The notes beneath the pieces are model-generated. The model was not told the origin of the DNA. It saw only the letters and a program-made list of their open reading frames with translations, and made no database searches. Position numbers and translations under genes: made by a program. DNA of 64,000 nt from an uncultured Coriobacteriaceae bacterium (GTDB lineage Bacteria; Actinomycetota; Coriobacteriia; Coriobacteriales; Atopobiaceae), in assembly GCA_902791035.1 (NCBI GenBank), contig CADAUA010000006.1, positions 80,457 to 144,456 on the forward strand. Reading direction: 5' to 3'. The stretch's first letter is position 1, and each line of letters starts with the position of its first letter. Positions 19,471-25,630 of the stretch are shown in pieces.

Positions 19471-19808
19471 GGAGTCTCCTTCCGCGCGGTCTCCTTCTGG
19501 GTCTTTGCGGTGCTGGCCTGGGCCTGGGGCCGGGGCCGATGTTGCAGTATCCATGTGAGTATAGCGCAGCGCCGCGCGCGGCACGTGGGGCGGCCCGGGA
19601 TGGAGGTGGGATGGGGACAAGGACGGCGGGCCGGAGGCAAGGGCCGCTGGCTGGGGACGAGGGCCGCGAGCTGGGACCCAGGGGCCACCACCTGCAGTGC
19701 CGCGCGGGAGCGGCCATCCGTGTCCCCCTGCGCCCAGCTGGGCGGCCTTGCGGGGACAAGACCTTGTGGTTCCCACACAAACCCGACACAAGACACGGAG
19801 TTCGGGGC

Positions 19809-19836
19809 TTGTGCGCGCTTTTCTGTGTGCTATATT
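19809..19836 (+). promoter_or_regulatory. Candidate sigma-70-type promoter for rpmB
   Basis: TTGTGC (19809-19814), a 16-nt spacer, then TATATT (19831-19836), in a locally AT-richer patch about 65 nt upstream of rpmB. This is a sequence-only guess. Confidence 0.35.
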
Positions 19837-19901
19837 CATACGGCTGTGATTCGAAACCGGGAGCGGGGCGCCGCGCCCATTCGCGCCCATGGAGGTAAGT
19901 C

Positions 19902-20090
19902 ATGTCGAAGGTTTGTGATATCTGCGGTAAGCACGCCGTTGCCGGTCGTTCCGTGAGCCACTCCCACCGTACCGTCAACCGTACGTTCAAGCCCAACATC
20001 CAGCGCGTCTACATCGTCAAGGACGGCCGCAAGCAGAAGATGAACGTCTGCACCCGTTGCCTCAAGAAGGGCAACCTCGTCCGCGCGTAG
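19902..20090 (+). CDS. rpmB: 50S ribosomal protein L28
   Basis: MSKVCDICGKHAVAGRSVSHSHRTVNRTFKPNIQ... is the canonical L28 sequence. GGAGG lies 8 nt upstream. Confidence 0.95.
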   Translation: MSKVCDICGKHAVAGRSVSHSHRTVNRTFKPNIQRVYIVKDGRKQKMNVCTRCLKKGNLVRA

Positions 20091-20115
20091 TGCTGGCACA
20101 GGATCGCAAGGCCAA

Positions 20116-20146
20116 GGGGAGGACGCTTCGGCGCCCTCCCCTTTTT
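20116..20146 (+). terminator. Rho-independent terminator of rpmB
   Basis: GGGGAGGACGC - TTCG - GCGCCCTCCCC (one mismatch), followed by TTTTT. Confidence 0.75.
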
Positions 20147-20177
20147 GCGTGACGCGGGGTCGGAGCTCGTGTCACGC
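20147..20177. repeat. Family-1 dispersed repeat, single unit with short inverted flank
   Basis: GCGTGAC GC GGGGTCGGAGCTCGTGTCACGC. The TGA stop of the HAD-TPK gene (20172-20174) lies inside the unit. Confidence 0.85.
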
Positions 20178-21527
20178 GGGGAGGAGGTAGGCGGCGATCA
20201 CGCCGGAGACGCAGGTCACGCGCGCGTCCGTCGCCGTCACGCGGTTGGACACGCCCTCGTCGCCCAGGAGCGGAAGCTCCTTCTCGCTAGTCTCCCACCT
20301 CATGCCCCGCTCGGTCACCCGCGCCCCCTCGGACAGCGCGATCGCAGAGAAGGTGGAGCCCAGGGCCTGCTCCCCCAAGTCCCACGTGGCCGCGCCCAGA
20401 GGCGAGAGGACCCGCATCTCGAAGCCGTCCTCCACCTCGCGTGCCGACGCGTCGGCCGCCCCCGCCAGGAGGCCGACCACCGCGAGCGCGTGGTCCGGCC
20501 GGCCACCCGCCGCGCACGTGACCGTGAGCTCGAGCCTGGCCTGCCGCCGCGCCGCCTCGTGCCTGGCGCAGTCTATGGCGATGGCCAGGTCGGTCGCGTA
20601 CTTCTCGCTTGGATATTTGATGTCTGTCCCGGCGGCGCCGCGCGCCCAGCCCGCGCTGCCGCCGTCCACGGAGTCATCGTCGCCGCAGAAGACATCCGGC
20701 CTCACGCCCGCCGCGCGGCAGGTCTGGGCCCCACGGTCGGCGGCAATCACGTAGTCCGCCTCCCCCGCGAGCCGCGCCACGAGCCCCGCAGACGAAGCCT
20801 CCGGCGAGCCGTCCACCACCAGGGCCCGCAGCACGCCGGCCTCCCCGCCCACCGCTACGGGCCGCTCGTAGTCGGCGATGAGCTCCAGCGTGACCTCGCC
20901 GAAGCCATGCGCGAACACGTCCGCGTACCTGCGCAGGAAGGCCTCGTCGCGCCCGTCGTGATCGTTGAAGAGCGCACACACGGGAAATCCCGCCTGCCGC
21001 GCCGTCCGCACGCCAAAGGGCGCGTCCTCGAAGACCCAGGTGCTGGCGCGGTCCGTACCGAGTCGCCGCAGGGCCTCCTCGTAGACGTCGGGGAAGTCCT
21101 TGTCGCGCCCGCCCACGTCCTCGGTGCTCACCACGTCCACGAAGAAGCCCGCCATGCCGTGGGCCTCGAGGCAGGCGACCACCTCGCGCTTGGGGGTGGA
21201 GGTCGCCACGATCATGGGAATCCCCGCATCGCGCACGGCCCGCAGGAAAACGAGCGCACCCGGCATGTCCTGGACCTCGTGGACGTACCTCTCGGTAACG
21301 GTGGCGCAGATTTCGTCGTATACCGCCTGCGTGGACTCCCCTCCCCCGCACTCCTCGTGGAGCACGCGCGCCTCGTCCCATAGCGAGAGCGACTCAATCC
21401 GCTTGAAGAAGTCCGGCGGCACGTCGCCCGCGTAGCGCCGTCCGAGCTCCGTGAGGACGTCGTGCCACATGCGCATGGAGTCCACGAGAGTTCCGTCGCA
21501 GTCGAAGATCGCCCCGGTGAATCGCAT
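20172..21527 (-). CDS. Fusion protein: HAD-superfamily hydrolase (N-terminal) plus thiamine pyrophosphokinase (C-terminal)
   Basis: HAD motif I is FDCDGTLVDS. The TPK motifs are GDDDSVD, EKYATDLAIA, GGRPDH and a thiamine-binding tail (STFSAIAL...GVSN). I chose the ATG at 21527 because GAGGGAG precedes it; an alternative start is at 21545. Confidence 0.8.
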   Translation of the reverse strand: MRFTGAIFDCDGTLVDSMRMWHDVLTELGRRYAGDVPPDFFKRIESLSLWDEARVLHEECGGGESTQAVYDEICATVTERYVHEVQDMPGALVFLRAVRDAGIPMIVATSTPKREVVACLEAHGMAGFFVDVVSTEDVGGRDKDFPDVYEEALRRLGTDRASTWVFEDAPFGVRTARQAGFPVCALFNDHDGRDEAFLRRYADVFAHGFGEVTLELIADYERPVAVGGEAGVLRALVVDGSPEASSAGLVARLAGEADYVIAADRGAQTCRAAGVRPDVFCGDDDSVDGGSAGWARGAAGTDIKYPSEKYATDLAIAIDCARHEAARRQARLELTVTCAAGGRPDHALAVVGLLAGAADASAREVEDGFEMRVLSPLGAATWDLGEQALGSTFSAIALSEGARVTERGMRWETSEKELPLLGDEGVSNRVTATDARVTCVSGVIAAYLLPA

Positions 21528-21713
21528 GGCACTCCCTCGCGTCACCGCCCGTCCCGTGCCTGCGGTCGGGCGTTCCCTCCCCTTTCCACACGAAGTTTAG
21601 ATGATAAGGGCATGGCGCGCGCAAACGACGTGGCGCCGGGGCGTCGAGTTGGGTAAAGTAGCCTTCGGCCCGGTAGTCCGGGCAGCACGCGTGGATGTTT
21701 GCGGAGGATGAGA

Positions 21714-21989
21714 ATGGCTCGTTACGACTATCAGTGCCCGGCATGCGGAACCCGCTTCGAGGTGGAGCACCCCATGAGCGCCCACCCCAAGGTCACCTGC
21801 CCCAGGTGCGGGCACGAGGCGGAGCGCGTGTTCGACCCCTCCGGGATCGTATTCAAGGGCTCGGGCTTCTACAACACCGACCAGCGCGGCGGGTCCAGCG
21901 CCACGAGCGCGAGCAACAGCGCCGCCAAGGCGGCCGCGCCCGCACCGGCGGCGAAAGGTGCCTGCGAGAACTGCCCGCACAAGGCGTAG
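21714..21989 (+). CDS. FmdB-family putative regulatory zinc-ribbon protein
   Basis: MARYDYQCPACGTRFE...CPRCG is the CxxC...CxxC zinc ribbon signature. GGAGGA lies 5 nt upstream of the ATG at 21714. Confidence 0.8.
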   Translation: MARYDYQCPACGTRFEVEHPMSAHPKVTCPRCGHEAERVFDPSGIVFKGSGFYNTDQRGGSSATSASNSAAKAAAPAPAAKGACENCPHKA

Positions 21990-22120
21990 GCGCGGCAGAC
22001 CGGCACGGACTTCAGGCTGTAGGCCGGATGAACCTCTGGTCAGGCAAGCCTCAGGGCAGGCAGTAGGTCAGGCAAGCTGTAGGGCAGGCAAGCAGTAGGT
22101 CAGGAAAACATGCAGGTTCG

Positions 22121-22161
22121 ACGGGGTGGTGTCCCACGGGATGCCGCCCCGTTTCGTGTTT
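22121..22161 (+). terminator. Candidate terminator downstream of the zinc-ribbon gene
   Basis: ACGGGGTGG - 14 nt loop - CCGCCCCGT, followed by TTCGTGTTT (interrupted T-tract). Confidence 0.45.
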
Positions 22162-22200
22162 GGCCGGCCTGGCCAGCGTCCGGCGGGGGGTGCTAGGACG

Positions 22201-22464
22201 GGGTTGCACGTTTGCTGCGCGGGATTGCACGTTTGCTCCGCGGGATTGCACGTTAGCTCCGCGGGGCAGCCCGTTTGTGGCCCACAAACGGGCACGGGTC
22301 GCGGGAGCACGTTTGTCCCGCGAATCCACACGTTAGTTCCGCAGGGTTGCCCATAAGCTCCGCAGGGTTGCCCATAAGCTCCGCAGGGTTGCACGTTTGT
22401 GGCCCACAAACGGGCACGGGTCGCGGGAGCACGTTTGTCCCGCGAATCTGCACGTTTGCGCCAC
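22201..22464. repeat. Degenerate 21-bp-periodic tandem array (about 13 units) containing two copies of a 57-bp two-hairpin module
   Basis: Units are of the type GGGATTGCACGTTTGCTCCGC. The core GCACGTTTG or a close variant recurs about 9 times. Near-identical modules sit at 22270-22326 and 22392-22448, offset by 122 bp. Confidence 0.9.
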
Positions 22465-22472
22465 GCGCGGGG

Positions 22473-23939
22473 CTAGGCCCCGGTGCGCACCAGTACCGCG
22501 CAGAAGTGCACGTCGGCCCGGCCGCCGTCCGGATGCAGCCGACCCTGGTCCACGAGCGAGAAGCCCGCACCCGCAGCCCCGCCCAGGAAGACATCTACCA
22601 CCCGCTCGTCCTCCTCGGGCAGGAGGGAGCAGGTGGAGTACACCAGCCGCCCGCCCGGCGCCACTCGGGCCACCGCGGCCGAGAGGATCCTCCCCTGCAA
22701 GTCTGCCAGCTCGACCACGTCCTTCTGGCCCAGCGACCAGGCGATCTCCGGATGGCGCCGCAAGGTGCCCGTCCCCGAGCAGGGGGCGTCGACCAGCACC
22801 ACGTCGAAAGGGCCAAGAAGCTCCTCGGGCAGGTCATCCCCGGCCAGGCGAGTGCCATCCCAGGCAAGGCAGGTCACGCGGTCAGCCAGTCCCGCGCACG
22901 CCACCCGACCGCGGGCCACGCCAACCTTGCGGGCATCCACGTCGCAGCTCGTGAGGTGCGCGCCCTCACCCATCGCAGCCGCCATGAGGACGGTCTTCGT
23001 CCCCCGGCCGCAGCCCACCTCAAGCGCCCTCTGACCCGCACCGGGAACGCCGAGCGTGGCCACATGCTGCGCCGAGAGGTCCGCAGGCAGCACGTCGACC
23101 GCCTCCACGAGACCCGAACCCGCAAGGCCCGCCGGTGCCCCAAGCTCGAAGGCCACGACCCCATCGCGGGTAGTTCCGTCGGAAGTAGCTCCGTCGGGGG
23201 TAGCTCCGTCGGAAGTAGTTCCGTCGGACATGACCCTCCTCGGGTCCAGCCCCGCCATGGCGAGAAGGTCGAAGGCCTCGTCCGCCGTGTGGCGCGCCAC
23301 ATTGGCCGCCACGTACACGGGGGCCGGCTCGAGCGAGCGGGCGACCGCGGCGCCCTCCCCGCACTCGACTGCCGCAGCCGCAAGCCACTCCGGGACGCCG
23401 CCGACAAGCGCCACGTCGGTGACAGCGAGCTCGCGCTTGCAGGCCCCGGCAACCGCGACCTCACGCTCGCTCGCGCCCACGGCGCCCGGCCCAGCCTCGT
23501 TAACGCCACCCGCACCCACGCGCATCCGCGCGGCAGCCACCATCGGCGCGCCCTTCTCGGCCACCCGGCGCAGGACGGCGTTGGCAAGCCCCGCCGCCCG
23601 CGGCGAGACCGACCGCACGAGCTCCACGCCCTGGCTCACCGCAGCGGATGTGGGCGTATCTAGGTAGCAGATCTCGAAGGCCGCCATCCGCAGCGCGTCG
23701 CGCACGCGGGGCTCCAGCCTGCCGTGGCCGCGGGACAGGTGCGCACCAAGAAGCCCGTCCAGCGTGCCGCGCGCCGCCACCGTGCCCAGGACGAGCCGCG
23801 TGGCCAGTGCCCGGTCGCGGGGGTCGAGCCCCACCATGGCATCCGAGGCCCGCAGCAGGTCGCGCGCACGGGCGTCCCGCCGCCGGCACTCCCCCAAGAG
23901 CGCGAGCGCCACGCGTCGCGCAGGCGCCAGCCTCGCCAC
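22473..23939 (-). CDS. rsmB: 16S rRNA (cytosine967-C5)-methyltransferase RsmB/Sun
   Basis: It has a NusB-like N-domain and MTase motifs DAPCSGTGTLRRHPE and YSTCSL. I infer a GTG start at 23939, 2 nt after the fmt stop with AGAGGG upstream. The first ATG downstream would truncate the N-domain. Confidence 0.8.
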   Translation of the reverse strand: MARLAPARRVALALLGECRRRDARARDLLRASDAMVGLDPRDRALATRLVLGTVAARGTLDGLLGAHLSRGHGRLEPRVRDALRMAAFEICYLDTPTSAAVSQGVELVRSVSPRAAGLANAVLRRVAEKGAPMVAAARMRVGAGGVNEAGPGAVGASEREVAVAGACKRELAVTDVALVGGVPEWLAAAAVECGEGAAVARSLEPAPVYVAANVARHTADEAFDLLAMAGLDPRRVMSDGTTSDGATPDGATSDGTTRDGVVAFELGAPAGLAGSGLVEAVDVLPADLSAQHVATLGVPGAGQRALEVGCGRGTKTVLMAAAMGEGAHLTSCDVDARKVGVARGRVACAGLADRVTCLAWDGTRLAGDDLPEELLGPFDVVLVDAPCSGTGTLRRHPEIAWSLGQKDVVELADLQGRILSAAVARVAPGGRLVYSTCSLLPEEDERVVDVFLGGAAGAGFSLVDQGRLHPDGGRADVHFCAVLVRTGA

Positions 23940-23941
23940 CT

Positions 23942-24886
23942 CTAGGCCCTCTGCCAGGTGCGCCCTGCGTCGCGCAGGCCGGCAGCCCACGCGCTGGCGT
24001 CCATCTCGCGCTTGCCGTCGGGCTTCACGCGCACGAGCTCCAGCGCACCGTCGGCGCAGCCCAGGGCCACGCGCCCGTGCGCCACGGCCACGGCGCCCGC
24101 GGCCAGGCCAGCCGCCGCCCCAGCCACCGCATCCACGCCAGCGCCCGCCACGCGCGCCTCGGTCACGCGCAGCCCCCGTCCGCACACCAGGGCCCGCGCC
24201 GGCGCCGCACCGCTCGATGCCCGCACCCGACGGACGTTGGCCTCCGCCCCCTCCTCAGGATCCAGCAGCATCTCGGCCTTGTCGACCTTGTGTGCGTAGG
24301 TGACCTGCGACTCGTCCTGGTCCTCCCACACGGCGGTCCCCGCACGCATCTGGTCCAGCCCGGTCACGAGCTCCCGCGCGCCCAAGTCCGCGAGCGCGGC
24401 CGTGAGCTCCTCAGTGTTCATGGAGCCGACCTCCACCGACGCCTGGCGGCAGTAGGTACCGGCGTCGAGGTCGTGCGCCACCCTCATGATGGAGACGCCG
24501 GCCCGCTCGTCGCCCGCGAGGATGGCCCGCTGGATGGGGGCCGCGCCGCGCCAGCGCGGCAGGAGCGAGGCATGCACGTTCACGGCCCCCATGGGCGCCA
24601 CGGCAAGAAGGTCGTCCGGCAGGATGCAGCCGTATGCCGCCACGCAGATAACGTCCGGGGCCGCCGCCCGCACCGCCGCCAGCTGGTCCTCGCGGATGCG
24701 CGAGGCCTCGAGCACGGGAAGCCCCAGCTCGAGGGCCTTCTCCTTGACCGGCGAGGGCTCGAGGCGCTTGCCCCGGGACCGCACCGCGTCCGGCCGGGTG
24801 ACCACGAGGGTCACCTCGTGCCGCTCGGCCACGGCAGCCAGCGAGGGCACGGCGAAGGACGGCGTGCCCATGAAGACCACGCGCAC
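23942..24886 (-). CDS. fmt: Methionyl-tRNA formyltransferase
   Basis: The sequence starts VRVVFMGTPSFAV, with HASLLPRWRGAAPIQRAI downstream. I infer a GTG start overlapping the def stop (TAGTG). Confidence 0.9.
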   Translation of the reverse strand: MRVVFMGTPSFAVPSLAAVAERHEVTLVVTRPDAVRSRGKRLEPSPVKEKALELGLPVLEASRIREDQLAAVRAAAPDVICVAAYGCILPDDLLAVAPMGAVNVHASLLPRWRGAAPIQRAILAGDERAGVSIMRVAHDLDAGTYCRQASVEVGSMNTEELTAALADLGARELVTGLDQMRAGTAVWEDQDESQVTYAHKVDKAEMLLDPEEGAEANVRRVRASSGAAPARALVCGRGLRVTEARVAGAGVDAVAGAAAGLAAGAVAVAHGRVALGCADGALELVRVKPDGKREMDASAWAAGLRDAGRTWQRA

Positions 24887-25431
24887 TAGTCCTCCACCTC
24901 CACGTCGCCGGGGCGGGCGCCATGGGCCAGGGCGTCCTGGTACTCGCGCATGGTCCGCATGCGCTCGCCGGGACGCAGGTGGTCCACCATGGTCACGCCG
25001 TGCAGGTGGTCGATCTCGTGCTGGAGGCAGATGGCCATGAGGTTGTCCTGTGCCTCGTACTGCATGAGGTCGCCGTCCAGGTTCTTCGCACGCACGATCA
25101 CGTGGCTCGGACGCCTGACCTGCACCTGGATGCCCGGGAAGGAGAGGCAGCCCTCGCCGGACTCGCGCTCCTGGCCGTCGGCCACCACGATCTGGGGGTT
25201 GATGAGGACGTAGGGGTTCTTCTTGCCTTCGGTCCAGTCCACGTCGATGACCACGAGCTGCACGAGCTCGCCCACCTGCGGGGCCGCAAGGCCGCAGCCG
25301 TCGGCGGCGTACATGTCGCGCAGCATGCGGTCGGCCAGGGCGCGGACGTCGTCGGTGATCTCGTCTATGGGGGCGCACTCGGTCTTCAGGCGGTCGTCGG
25401 GTGCGCACACGATGTCTTCGAGCTCGTTCAT
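24886..25431 (-). CDS. def: Peptide deformylase
   Basis: Motifs GCGLAAPQVG, EGCLSFPG and HEIDHL are present. The ATG at 25431 follows AAGGAGAG. Confidence 0.95.
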   Translation of the reverse strand: MNELEDIVCAPDDRLKTECAPIDEITDDVRALADRMLRDMYAADGCGLAAPQVGELVQLVVIDVDWTEGKKNPYVLINPQIVVADGQERESGEGCLSFPGIQVQVRRPSHVIVRAKNLDGDLMQYEAQDNLMAICLQHEIDHLHGVTMVDHLRPGERMRTMREYQDALAHGARPGDVEVED

Positions 25432-25551
25432 GACTCTCCTTGGGTGCAGGCGCCAGGCCACGTGGTGTCCCATCCCCGGCCGGCGCGCGGTCTCGTCTTC
25501 CTGATGTTACTACCCGCGCGGGCGCATTTGCAGACGGCGACAGGCGTTGCC

Positions 25552-25629
25552 GCGTGCCAAAAGCGTCTCGCGTGCCAAGAGTGTCTGACACCCTCGGCAC
25601 GTCGCCCTTGGCGCGACGCCCTCGGCACG
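25552..25629. repeat. Family-2 dispersed hairpin repeat (core 25571-25601) with flanking half-copies
   Basis: The core is CGTGCCAAGAGTGTC-T-GACACCCTCGGCACG. Half-copies GCGTGCCAAAAGCGTCTC and CCCTTGGCGCGACGCCCTCGGCACG flank it. It starts directly after the priA stop. Confidence 0.85.
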
Positions 25630-25630
25630 G

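Noticed and set aside
19471-19901. Possible ncRNA or small gene in the 430-bp asp23 / rpmB divergent region
   Set aside because: I saw no conserved structure, repeat or SD-preceded ORF. The 119-aa plus-strand ORF (19539-19898) has a low-complexity Gly/Arg/Pro-rich translation. Only an rpmB promoter guess is retained.
22201-22464. Replication origin (DnaA-box cluster), or a heptad-repeat protein (track ORFs 22068-22409 minus and 22126-22356 plus)
   Set aside because: Only weak 6-7/9 matches to DnaA-box consensus (GAATCCACA, TTGTCCCGC), and there is no dnaA/dnaN context or AT-rich unwinding element. The repeat-peptide ORFs exist on both strands as a by-product of the 21-bp period and lack convincing SD or start signals.
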